Below, piece by piece: positions 39,872-48,910 of a stretch of DNA of 64,000 nt (positions are counted from its first letter, which is position 1; every line of letters begins with the position of its first letter). Under the pieces are notes generated by a model. The model saw only the letters and a program-made list of their open reading frames with translations. It did no database searches and had not been told where the DNA came from. The translations under genes and the position numbers were made by a program. The stretch comes from Ignavibacteria bacterium (GTDB lineage Bacteria; Bacteroidota; Ignavibacteria; Ignavibacteriales; SURF-24): positions 40,669 through 104,668 of the forward strand of contig JAAXKN010000001.1 of assembly GCA_025612375.1 (NCBI GenBank). The letters run 5' to 3'.

Positions 39872-40054
39872 AAAAAATGGAAGCTCAAAACCACACGATT
39901 TGGGGCTTTTTTTTGTGACTGCACATAAATGCAAGATTCTCTTCTCCCCTCCTTTCACTCATTGGAATGTTAATAGAGCCGACACATATATTCCAGAATA
40001 TTTGATTTAGATAAATTTCTGTGGTAATTTAAAGCAAGAATTGGATAAAAGATT

Positions 40055-40312
40055 ATGCCGGAAATTTGCAGATTTTATGGCATTATAATATTCATGAACT
40101 ACAATGACCACAATCCTCCTCATTTTCACGCAAGGTATCAGGAGCAGGAAATAATTGTGGAAATACAGACAGGAAACATTGAAGGTAAAATGTCCCAAAG
40201 AGCTCTTACAATGATTTTCGAGTGGACAGACAAATACAGAAATGAGCTTCTTGAAAATTGGGAGCTGACAAAGCAAAGAAAATCATTGAAAAATATTCCT
40301 CCACTTCACTAA
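40055..40312 (+). CDS. DUF4160-family protein
   Basis: MPEICRFYGIIIFMNYNDHNPPHFHARY.. matches the characteristic DUF4160 N-terminus. Confidence 0.8.
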   Translation: MPEICRFYGIIIFMNYNDHNPPHFHARYQEQEIIVEIQTGNIEGKMSQRALTMIFEWTDKYRNELLENWELTKQRKSLKNIPPLH

Positions 40313-40315
40313 AGG

Positions 40316-40576
40316 ATGATTATGTTTTTACATATTGAGCATTTTGAATTTAAGGGCGGTTACAGTCTAAAAGTCAGGTTCAATAATGGAATTGAAAAGG
40401 ATGTAGATCTTTCGAATGAACTCTACGGAGAAGTATTTGAGCCCCTTAAAGATGAATCTTATTTCAGAAAAGCATTTCTCAACAGGGATACCAACACAAT
40501 CGAATGGCCTAATGGTGCAGATTTTGCTCCCGAATTTCTCTTTGAAATAGGGAAAGAGGTAAGAAGATCCGCCTAA
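40316..40576 (+). CDS. DUF2442-family protein
   Basis: ..LKVRFNNGIEKDVDLS..IEWPNGADFAPEFLF matches the DUF2442 pattern. It starts 3 nt after the DUF4160 gene. Confidence 0.8.
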   Translation: MIMFLHIEHFEFKGGYSLKVRFNNGIEKDVDLSNELYGEVFEPLKDESYFRKAFLNRDTNTIEWPNGADFAPEFLFEIGKEVRRSA

Positions 40577-40587
40577 AACCCACCCCG

Positions 40588-40722
40588 CCCCCATTTGCCT
40601 TGCCTGCCATGAGATTGATTATCAGAAATCTGATATATCATCAAATTTCTGACAATTAAATTTCATTCCACCTGCCGGATTCTTGTTTTTTAGGCAGCTT
40701 ATTCCGGCCCGATCTTTGAACA
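40588..40722 (+). repeat. repeat R, copy 2 (upstream region of the BNR/T9SS gene)
   Basis: Paralog of 37718-37851. Confidence 0.75.
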
Positions 40723-40793
40723 GCATTTACAAAAGATTAATTCAATAGGAAATTAAGGAAGTCAATTAGCTTAAATTTTCAGGAGGACTCCCA

Positions 40794-42146
40794 ATGCTCA
40801 GGTTAAACTTAGTTCTGGCAGTTCTTTTTATTTCATCTATTGTTTCAGCTCAGACATGGGTAAAACTTAACCCCAATTTCCCAAAACCGGATACGGTAGG
40901 TCGGATAGCCCAGATTATATTCACAAGTAAGAACATTGGTTGGCTATACACAACGTATGACAATACCCCTCATATTGATTTTGTAAAAGTACTATATAAA
41001 ACGACTGATGGCGGTCATAACTGGGAGACTACGAAGAAAGAGATTACCAACAGGTATTCAACCTTTACAATGTTTTCGCTTGACCCTAACCATTTAATTA
41101 CAGTAGATGTGAACTTCTTTGACAGCACCTTTACTTCACTTCGAACATTAGATGGCGGGGAAAGCTGGGACTCGACACTTTTGGCTCCTCAGAAACACTA
41201 TTATTCGGGAGGGGATAATATTTACTTCTTCGACAAAGACAACGGGATCTTTTTCAACGACAATAGGTGGTTTACAAGGGATGGAGGCCGTTCCTGGGAA
41301 AAGGGAGAAGATAACTTTTATTTGCCATACGTAAGTGGTGTCGATTTTGTAGATCGCAACCTGGGTTGGATTGTCTGCAGTTATTCCAACTATGCTACTG
41401 ACAGCGGAGCCATTCTTGTGACTGCTGATGGAGGTAAAACATGGCAATACCAGGATTCTTTAGCTATGATACTGTATGGAGTCGATTTTATCACTCCCGA
41501 TAAAGGATTTGCCGTGGGTACAAACTGGGACCACTCTACGGGATTCATATATTCAACAATTGATGGTGGTAAAACCTGGCAGCACGAGCAGTTTAAGGAT
41601 TTTGGAGCATTCACGGACATTAAATTTTTGAATGACACCGCCGGGTGGATTACCTGCGCCGATCCCAGAAAGCTAAATACCGGAAAGATCTTAAGAACGA
41701 CAGATGGCGGGAAGTCGTGGGAGATACAAGCTAGCGGCATCAGTTCACAGTTAAAGAAAATTATGATCAGGGATAATACAGGTTTTATTTTTGGTGACGA
41801 TTACAATTTAATGACTCATACACTTCTCCGGGCAGATCTTTGTAAGATTACAGGGGTAAAGGATGGTCAAACGGAACTCCCGTCTGACTTTTGCCTTTCC
41901 CAGAATTATCCTAACCCATTCAACCCCACTACTACAATCAACTATTCAATTCCCAAAGCTTCATTCGTTGAGATGAAGGTTTTTGACATGCTTGGACGCC
42001 AAGTTCAGACGCTCGTAAATAAAGAACAAATTGCAGGAGATTATTATATAAAGTTTAACGGCTCTTCCCTGCCGAGCGGAATGTATGTGTATTCAATTCA
42101 CGCCGGAGAGTTAAGAGCTTCAAAGAAACTCATCCTGATTAAATAG
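40794..42146 (+). CDS. BNR/Asp-box (Ycf48/sortilin-type) beta-propeller protein with T9SS C-terminal domain
   Basis: 450 aa. Six SxDxGxxW boxes: TTDGGHNWE, TLDGGESWD, TRDGGRSWE, TADGGKTWQ, TIDGGKTWQ and TTDGGKSWE. NYPNPFNPTTTINYSIP CTD. Confidence 0.75.
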   Translation: MLRLNLVLAVLFISSIVSAQTWVKLNPNFPKPDTVGRIAQIIFTSKNIGWLYTTYDNTPHIDFVKVLYKTTDGGHNWETTKKEITNRYSTFTMFSLDPNHLITVDVNFFDSTFTSLRTLDGGESWDSTLLAPQKHYYSGGDNIYFFDKDNGIFFNDNRWFTRDGGRSWEKGEDNFYLPYVSGVDFVDRNLGWIVCSYSNYATDSGAILVTADGGKTWQYQDSLAMILYGVDFITPDKGFAVGTNWDHSTGFIYSTIDGGKTWQHEQFKDFGAFTDIKFLNDTAGWITCADPRKLNTGKILRTTDGGKSWEIQASGISSQLKKIMIRDNTGFIFGDDYNLMTHTLLRADLCKITGVKDGQTELPSDFCLSQNYPNPFNPTTTINYSIPKASFVEMKVFDMLGRQVQTLVNKEQIAGDYYIKFNGSSLPSGMYVYSIHAGELRASKKLILIK

Positions 42147-42310
42147 CATCAGGCAATATTATAGTCAAAGCACTTCTTGCAATTGGCTCAAATCTTATTG
42201 TTTTGGGCGATCTTTGATGGCCTGATCTTTGATTTATGTTCATATAAAAGTATAAGGACTTTAATTTTATAAGGATTTAATACCATGCGCCCGATTCTTC
42301 TTAACCTCCC

Positions 42311-43675
42311 TCAGGCCGGCAGAAGAGGAAGTGCCGGTGGAACTATGGGAGTTTCCTCCGGAGCATCCAGCTCAACTAACTCCCCGTTTTCGAGCCTGAG
42401 CGGGAACTTGATTCCCTGCACTGAATGACGCGAGGCGCACAGATTAATGAAGAATATTTCACTGGAAAGATAAATTTTCTTATTGTACTCTATTGTCTCC
42501 GCCGCATTGTTTGCAGCGGGCCTGGAAACAGAGAAAAGGAAGTTGCAGTCGCGTGCAAGAGCTATGCTTTCGCTTAAGTTTACAGCCGAGTCATCTTTTT
42601 CCCTTACGGCCGTGCGGTTAAGCTGTGTGAGGGCTATAATGCAGACGTTAAGTTCAGCGGCAAGGCTTTTCAGCATTCTTGACAGGTAGGCTACTTCCTC
42701 TTCCCTTGAACGCAAAATCCGGGAAACATTAATGAGGTTTACATAGTCTATAAATACGCACTTTACACCGCAGCTTATGACCCAGCTCCTCATTCTGGAC
42801 TTCACCTCTTCATCGTTCATGGATCCTGTATGGATATAAATTGATGCATCTTTTAACACTTCAGGAGCCTCCCTGAGTCTTTCCATCTCGGTTTTTGTAA
42901 GCATCTGCGGCTGCCTCAGGTGCCCGAAGGGTATGTGCAGTTTTGCGCTCAGGATCTTTTGTATAAACTCATCTTCTGTTACTTCCAGGCTCATGTAGCC
43001 CACTTTGTACCCTGAATTCAGTGCCAGGTCGCACGCCATCTCAAGTGCCAGGGTGGTTTTACCCACCTTCCATGCGCCCGCAATTACCATCAGGTTCTGC
43101 AGCTTGAGCCCGTTTGTGGCTATGTTGAAGTGATGGAGCTTCCTGAACCTTAAAGAATTATTCTCCAGCGGCGCTAGGGTTTCTTCCTCAAGGCGGCTTA
43201 AATATCCCGGCACGATTTCTGCGAGTGTCATATCGGTGTAAAAGTTGTCCCTGAGGCTAACAAGCTCTTCGAGGCGGCCGGTCAGGTTCTGAGCCTCATC
43301 AAGGCCTTTTCCTGTTTCAATGGCCCTGCCCACTAAGGCCGGCGTAATGCTGCTCAGTTCAAGTGCGATATGGCAATCCATGAGCTCCTGGCACTGGAAT
43401 ATGAGCGCAGGCTCGTCCGGTATGAAGTCTGTTTTCAGATAATCATTTATCACGATTCCGTTCTGCCTGAACGAGGCTTCAAGCATTGCATCCGTCAGGC
43501 TGCCCGCATTATAGAGCTCTTTTATGAGGCTGTATACTACCCTTTCATTGCCGCTGAAACATCGTAAAGGAAGCCTCTGCAAAACTATGTAAGTCAGTGC
43601 AGGATCATAAATAATACAGCTAAGGACGAAGACTTCAAGCTGCTTTTTTTTAGATTTGAGGCATGTCTTATCCAT
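42311..43675 (-). CDS. DnaB-like replicative helicase (mobile-element type)
   Basis: 454 aa with a DnaB-N-like N-terminal domain, RecA-fold Walker A GAWKVGKTTLALE and Walker B CVFIDYVNL. Confidence 0.7.
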   Translation of the reverse strand: MDKTCLKSKKKQLEVFVLSCIIYDPALTYIVLQRLPLRCFSGNERVVYSLIKELYNAGSLTDAMLEASFRQNGIVINDYLKTDFIPDEPALIFQCQELMDCHIALELSSITPALVGRAIETGKGLDEAQNLTGRLEELVSLRDNFYTDMTLAEIVPGYLSRLEEETLAPLENNSLRFRKLHHFNIATNGLKLQNLMVIAGAWKVGKTTLALEMACDLALNSGYKVGYMSLEVTEDEFIQKILSAKLHIPFGHLRQPQMLTKTEMERLREAPEVLKDASIYIHTGSMNDEEVKSRMRSWVISCGVKCVFIDYVNLINVSRILRSREEEVAYLSRMLKSLAAELNVCIIALTQLNRTAVREKDDSAVNLSESIALARDCNFLFSVSRPAANNAAETIEYNKKIYLSSEIFFINLCASRHSVQGIKFPLRLENGELVELDAPEETPIVPPALPLLPA

Positions 43676-43695
43676 GAGATTTACTCCTTTTGATG

Positions 43696-44604
43696 TTAAA
43701 TGATTTGGTAATTCTCAGTAGAGCCGAACGGTTCATTGTAGTTATTCGGGTATGATCTATTGACGCCGCTGTAAGATGATCTCATTTCTCTTAAGAGCCA
43801 GTTCCTTATAAAGCTTTCGTAATCGCGCCTGGGAGCCTTTTGGTTCCTTATATATTCGTCCATGTTATAGAAGTGAGCGCGTAATCCATCCTCGGAAAAC
43901 CTGAGGGAAAGTTTCTCAGTAAGCTTTTCTTTCAGTGCGCAGGTTACATAAAAGTTGTCCCCCCTGTAAAATATTGTTTCCTTTTCCAGAGGCAGAAATT
44001 CAGCGGAATACCGCCTGGGGCTGCCTGAAATTTTGTCCCCTGATTTTTCCTCTTTTAGACTGCCTGCCTCTGAAGAAGATGCTTCCGGGTCTTCTTTTTT
44101 CTTTAATCTATATTCATTTATATTTCCTTTGTTTCCCAATTGAGGACTCTGGGCGTTTCCCAGTTGAACACTCTGATGTGTCCCAAATGGGGACTGTTTC
44201 CCTTTTGGGGACTCTTTTTCCATGGGAACGATGGAATCCTTTTCAGCGACTTTTGCCTGAGGCTTTCCGCGCGACTTATACTTATGGAATCTTATCCATG
44301 TCCTATAGTCCTTATTTACAGACAGCACCCTTCCTTTATGGCCGGCTGCGGCCTCCTCCAGGACAAAGATTATATTGGCTTCAATAAGCTTTTCAAGCGC
44401 CTGTGCGGCCCTTGGGAATGTTGAACCTATATCCCTGGCAATAAACCTCACGGCCAGTTCATGCGAGTCCCTATGGTAACCCAGTGTATGCCTCATAACT
44501 GATAAAAGCACCCTTAACTGCAGGCCGGAAATCTCAAGCCTGTAACTTTCCTCGAACATGCACGTGCATACCTGTAAAAAAGGCTCTTTCGTCCTCTGTT
44601 CCAT
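43696..44604 (-). CDS. phage replication protein O-like initiator (N-terminal wHTH)
   Basis: LQLRVLLSVMRHTLGYHRDSHELAVRFIARDIGSTFPRAAQALEKLIEANII fits the Phage_rep_O N-terminal pattern. A low-complexity linker is encoded by the iteron-like repeats. Confidence 0.6.
   Translation of the reverse strand: MEQRTKEPFLQVCTCMFEESYRLEISGLQLRVLLSVMRHTLGYHRDSHELAVRFIARDIGSTFPRAAQALEKLIEANIIFVLEEAAAGHKGRVLSVNKDYRTWIRFHKYKSRGKPQAKVAEKDSIVPMEKESPKGKQSPFGTHQSVQLGNAQSPQLGNKGNINEYRLKKKEDPEASSSEAGSLKEEKSGDKISGSPRRYSAEFLPLEKETIFYRGDNFYVTCALKEKLTEKLSLRFSEDGLRAHFYNMDEYIRNQKAPRRDYESFIRNWLLREMRSSYSGVNRSYPNNYNEPFGSTENYQII
44132..44215. repeat. four to five iteron-like direct repeats inside the O-like gene, next to an AT-rich tract (44093-44130)
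   Basis: tttcccaattgaggactctg (44132), tttcccagttgaacactctg (44156), tcccaaatggggactg (44181), tttcccttttggggactc (44197). Spacing is 24, 23 and 18 nt. Confidence 0.6.
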
Positions 44605-44606
44605 GG

Positions 44607-45029
44607 CTAGTCCTTTCCCTTAATATTAACCAAAGACTCTTTGCGCCTGCGCATTGTGAAATAACGCGTAAGGCGCTTTATATGACGGGTAAGCAAAAGA
44701 GGGTACCTCAAGCCGCTTCCGGGCACACCGGGCGGAAAATTACGGCAGGTGAACTCGTGGTGCCTGTTAATGATCAGATACAACTCATGGAGATACTTAA
44801 GAACCGGCAGAAAAGAATCCCGGGGTATTTTCTCCCGCAGCAGTTCAGAAACTGCATAAGGGTTTATGTTCTCCGACTTATATACCAGAACTGAAACTGC
44901 CTCTGCGACAGTCCTGTTCAAAGGAGCCTGAAAATCCCTTTTATAAAGAGCAAGCAGGCAATTCAGCATTGCCTCATTGGGGGTTTCGGGACTGAAGAAG
45001 ACGCAGAGCAGTTTTTTCTCAGCATTCAT
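44607..45029 (-). CDS. hypothetical protein, first gene of the replication-module operon
   Basis: The ATG at 45029 lies 6 nt after a GGAGGA RBS. The gene ends 2 nt before the O-like gene. No motif recognised. Confidence 0.45.
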   Translation of the reverse strand: MNAEKKLLCVFFSPETPNEAMLNCLLALYKRDFQAPLNRTVAEAVSVLVYKSENINPYAVSELLREKIPRDSFLPVLKYLHELYLIINRHHEFTCRNFPPGVPGSGLRYPLLLTRHIKRLTRYFTMRRRKESLVNIKGKD

Positions 45030-45421
45030 GACCATTCCTCCGGCAATTTGTATAATCCAGACTAAAGGTGCGGGAACACTAATGCTAAATGTCATTCCCG
45101 GGCTGAGGGGTCCAGCCCCGGATAATACTTCCAGCGCTGCAGGATCCGAAAAAGAGAACAGATTTCAGTAGATTTGATGCAAATGGGGATTCCCTTAATA
45201 ATGTACAACTATTATAATATACATAATAGTTTCCTAAATGCAAGTTTTACTAGTCACAATCCGGCCGCATTTTTACATTTTTTGCACATTTACGCCATAA
45301 ATTGCGCTAATTTTACAAAAGGTAAGATTTTATTATTGCAGTTAAGTATACTTTAAGCCTGTTTTTAAAGGATAATTTCGCAGATATATAAGGCAAGCAT
45401 CCCGCTTCAGAAAGGAACTTT

Positions 45422-45931
45422 TCAGCAGGATCTTATAAATATTACTCTTTTACCCTGCTGTTCCTTCACTATGAATTTACATTTCCCGAGTACTCTTCTG
45501 GAAGCATAATTGTCCTCCATTGTCTGTGCAGTTACCATTTTAACGCCGCTCTGTTTTAAGGCCCACTCAGTAATTGCAGATGCCATTTCGGTGGCAATTG
45601 ATCTTCCCTGGAATTCGTCCAGAACTGAATAACCGATCTCCACCATTCCATTTTTATCCGGCGCCCCCTTAAAGCCAACGGAGCCTACAAGCACATTTTC
45701 TGCAGACTCCCCTTTCTCAAGCAATGCGTACCAGAAGTACCAGCATTCATCTCCCGGATTCTTATCGAGCTGTTCAATAAACCAGGGGATTGCATCTATA
45801 AGTGTTTCAGGCGGCCAGCTCTCAGGAATATATGCATTCAGCAAAGAAGACAGCCTCGTCCTGTCCCCCGCTTCGGCCCTAAGCATCTCTCCTGTTGCCG
45901 GGATAAGTATAAGTCTTGGTGTTTTAATCAT
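45422..45931 (-). CDS. GNAT-family N-acetyltransferase (RimJ/RimL-like)
   Basis: 169 aa; TPRLILIP.., VGSVGFKG.., IGYSVLDEFQGRSIATEM. Confidence 0.75.
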   Translation of the reverse strand: MIKTPRLILIPATGEMLRAEAGDRTRLSSLLNAYIPESWPPETLIDAIPWFIEQLDKNPGDECWYFWYALLEKGESAENVLVGSVGFKGAPDKNGMVEIGYSVLDEFQGRSIATEMASAITEWALKQSGVKMVTAQTMEDNYASRRVLGKCKFIVKEQQGKRVIFIRSC

Positions 45932-46229
45932 CCCACTCCTGCTCTTCTTCTGAAAAATGGGCTTAAACTATTCCGGAAAATTATTTTAATTTTGCGTGGA
46001 ATGCCAGCGTTTTCTGAATCATTTAATATTTCCCATTATATGTTGCGCTGGCATGAAAGGCTCAACTGCTTAAATATTTCATTCACAGTTGATACTCTTT
46101 GTGATTGAAGTATTTGACCAATTTACACGCACATCTGCCTTTATGGCATCATGAGGCTTGCGTTTTTCAAGTACTTAGTGCATTTTAAAATCCACAAATA
46201 ATATCTAATTACGAATACAAAGTTTAATC

Positions 46230-46925
46230 ATGAAAAATATTTTCAGCTACATCGTTCTTTTTTTTGTATTATTCCAGCATTCCGCTTATAGCCAAAATAT
46301 TGACATTACAAAATGGGTAAATTGGAATAAGTACGCAGCTTCTAATGATAATTTAGATCTCCCTGCTGCCGGGGAAAAGCGGGTAGTTTTTTTAGGTAAT
46401 TCAATAACTGAATCCTGGGCTATTATAGACAGCAGCTTTTTTAAGGTAAACGGTTATCTCGACAGAGGTATAAGCGGGCAAACTTCTTCGCAGATGCTTA
46501 TCCGTTTCAGACAGGACGTAATTGACCTGAAACCGGCCCTGGTTGTTATTCTGGCGGGCACAAATGACATTGCAGAAAACGCAGGCCCTATTGCATTAAA
46601 GTATGTCTTCGGAAATATTGTTTCTATGGTCCAGCTGGCCCAGGCAAATAACATAAAAATAATTCTCTCGTCGGTCTTACCGGTTTATCAATTTCCATGG
46701 CGCAAAGAATTGCAACCGGCAGAAGATATAATAAAGCTGAACTCAATGATTAAGTCTTATTGCAATGAAAATAACATTCCTTATGTGGATTATTATCCAC
46801 TGCTGGTTGATGAAAGCAAGGGACTGGATGCTAAATATTCGAAAGACGGTGTGCACCCGAACTATGACGGTTATAAAATAATGGAGGATCTGGTACTGGG
46901 AGCCATAAAGAAGGTGCTTGAGTAA
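46230..46925 (+). CDS. secreted SGNH/GDSL-type hydrolase
   Basis: Signal peptide; block I FLGNSITE, block III AGTNDI, block V DGVHPN. Confidence 0.75.
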   Translation: MKNIFSYIVLFFVLFQHSAYSQNIDITKWVNWNKYAASNDNLDLPAAGEKRVVFLGNSITESWAIIDSSFFKVNGYLDRGISGQTSSQMLIRFRQDVIDLKPALVVILAGTNDIAENAGPIALKYVFGNIVSMVQLAQANNIKIILSSVLPVYQFPWRKELQPAEDIIKLNSMIKSYCNENNIPYVDYYPLLVDESKGLDAKYSKDGVHPNYDGYKIMEDLVLGAIKKVLE

Positions 46926-47061
46926 AAGTAAACATTCTGCCCGGCACTATTGAAAAACGAGTTGCGCAGGGACCCCGGGGGGAAAACAGGATTAAGACTA
47001 CCAAAGGATGATTCAATCATTCAATAAATTCTTCTCATTTTCAATTATTCACGGAGAAACA

Positions 47062-47898
47062 ATGAAACTCAAGGCTTTTATTCTGACGGCAGTTCTTTTA
47101 TCATCAGGCTTTAATTTCGCGCAGGAATGCTATGTAAGGCTCCATGCCGGATATGGAATCGGGATCTCAACCCAAACTGATTACGACTACTTTTCTAATG
47201 AAACTGCCCCAAACGTCTCCAATTATTCCTATAAGACAAAGGATTATTCTTTCGGCCAGGGAGCCTATTTCAGTGCCGGATTCGGATACTTTGCAAATCA
47301 GAATATTGGCCTTGACCTGGAACTCCAGTACCTGGACGGTTCAAGCTATCCTTTACATAGAGAATATAACTTTCTGGATGGCCAAAAACTTGTTTATGAT
47401 TATAAGAACTATGGCACTGCCTTTATGATCAATCCCTCTATGGTACTGAGGACACAATTGAAGAGTTTCAAACCATATCTGAAGCTAGGTCCCGTTTTCA
47501 GTTTTGGAACTATAAACAGCAACGTATCAGGTATTAATATAAACAGTGAAAATTACAGAAGTGCTTTTTCAAATGAGACGCAGTACAGCGGAGGTTCAAT
47601 GCTGGGACTGAATGCCGCCGTCGGCACTTCATACGAAGTTTATAGCAGTATCGACCTTTTTGTTGAAATCAGCAGCAAAAATTTGTCTTACGCCCCCAAG
47701 GAAGCGGAAATGAAAAAATATCAGGTAAATGGAATAGATTATCTGACGAAATTATCTGTCTCATCAAAGAAAATGAATTTTGTGGAGAATTGGGACTCAA
47801 GTGCATCACAGGATCCAAACAGCCCCGCACAACAGCGTAAGCAATATTTCCCTTTCAGCAGTCTTGCTTTCTCTGTGGGTGTTTCATTTACCCTATAA
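47062..47898 (+). CDS. outer-membrane beta-barrel protein
   Basis: The ATG at 47062 follows a GGAGAAAC RBS. Signal peptide MKLKAFILTAVLLSSGFNFAQ and an alternating strand pattern. Confidence 0.5.
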   Translation: MKLKAFILTAVLLSSGFNFAQECYVRLHAGYGIGISTQTDYDYFSNETAPNVSNYSYKTKDYSFGQGAYFSAGFGYFANQNIGLDLELQYLDGSSYPLHREYNFLDGQKLVYDYKNYGTAFMINPSMVLRTQLKSFKPYLKLGPVFSFGTINSNVSGININSENYRSAFSNETQYSGGSMLGLNAAVGTSYEVYSSIDLFVEISSKNLSYAPKEAEMKKYQVNGIDYLTKLSVSSKKMNFVENWDSSASQDPNSPAQQRKQYFPFSSLAFSVGVSFTL

Positions 47899-47949
47899 TG
47901 CTGATTTCTCTCTATACCTGTAACATGTTTGATAATCAGGAATAACTTT

Positions 47950-48534
47950 ATGAAAACGCTTTGCATCTCAATTCTGATCTCTGTATTGTCTCTTTCATCA
48001 ATTTCATCTGCCCAGACCTTTCAGGCCGGCCTTAGACTTAACAGCGAACAGATGAATACAGGTCCCGAAAAATTCATAAGATCCAGCCCCATCTTTTCTT
48101 CTTTTTACGTTACCGGTACAGCCTTTATGGAGATGGACATTGCCTTTGAGGCCCGGCTGGGCTATAACTGGGAGGACCGCTATAACGGCATTGAGGCAGG
48201 AATATTTTCAAAGTACTACTATAAAGACCTCTATGCCATTGGCGGAGTAGCTTATCACCACGTAAATGATAAGGAGTTTTCTGACGGCATTCACGGGAAC
48301 TACTTCACGCAGAAAGCGGACCTCTTTATGCCTGCCCTGGGATTAGGGTTTAACCCCGGAAGGCATTTCGCGCTTGAACTGATGCTTCAGCACGGGTTAA
48401 ATCAAAAGATCGGGTACCGTATAAATCAGGCTATTGTAATTAACGACCATTATCACCCTTTATCAGAAGTGTTCCCGGACGTAAACCTGAAATGGATTTT
48501 GAAATTCGGAATGAGTTATTGTTTCAGCCTTTGA
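47950..48534 (+). CDS. secreted beta-rich protein (OM beta-barrel-like)
   Basis: The ATG at 47950 gives the signal peptide MKTLCISILISVLSLSSISSAQ. Confidence 0.4.
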   Translation: MKTLCISILISVLSLSSISSAQTFQAGLRLNSEQMNTGPEKFIRSSPIFSSFYVTGTAFMEMDIAFEARLGYNWEDRYNGIEAGIFSKYYYKDLYAIGGVAYHHVNDKEFSDGIHGNYFTQKADLFMPALGLGFNPGRHFALELMLQHGLNQKIGYRINQAIVINDHYHPLSEVFPDVNLKWILKFGMSYCFSL

Positions 48535-48910
48535 GATTCAGCATGTATAGCTTCTTTTTGTGATCTATAGCACAATGTGGAGCTGTTTTCAAATCAGCCC
48601 CGTTTTTGAAGTAATTTCAAGGTTTTTTAATCCGGTAAGGAGTTCCTTTGATTAAAAAAAGCCCCGTGGAAGGCCTGGCCGGGCCCTTCCCAGGGCTTCA
48701 CATTTTAAGACAGCCCGTTAAATCTTCGCTTTGTACTTGCGGTTCTTCGGTCAAATTATTTGTTTATATTTGGGTGCAAATAAATATAACCTTCCACCAG
48801 GCTAACAAGAACTCTGCGGCCGCATGGATAATTATACTGAAAGTCATGGTAATGACTGGAACTATTTAGAAAGGGTTGTAATGATGAAATAATAAATATG
48901 AGAGGACGTT

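Noticed and set aside
40007-40276. 89-aa minus-strand ORF
   Set aside because: It is antisense to the clearly recognisable DUF4160 gene.
48648-48869. 73-aa plus-strand ORF in the 48.5-48.9 kb intergenic region
   Set aside because: It has a TTG start, no RBS and no motif. The region contains an imperfect GC-rich hairpin (about 48660-48700) that is more likely a terminator.
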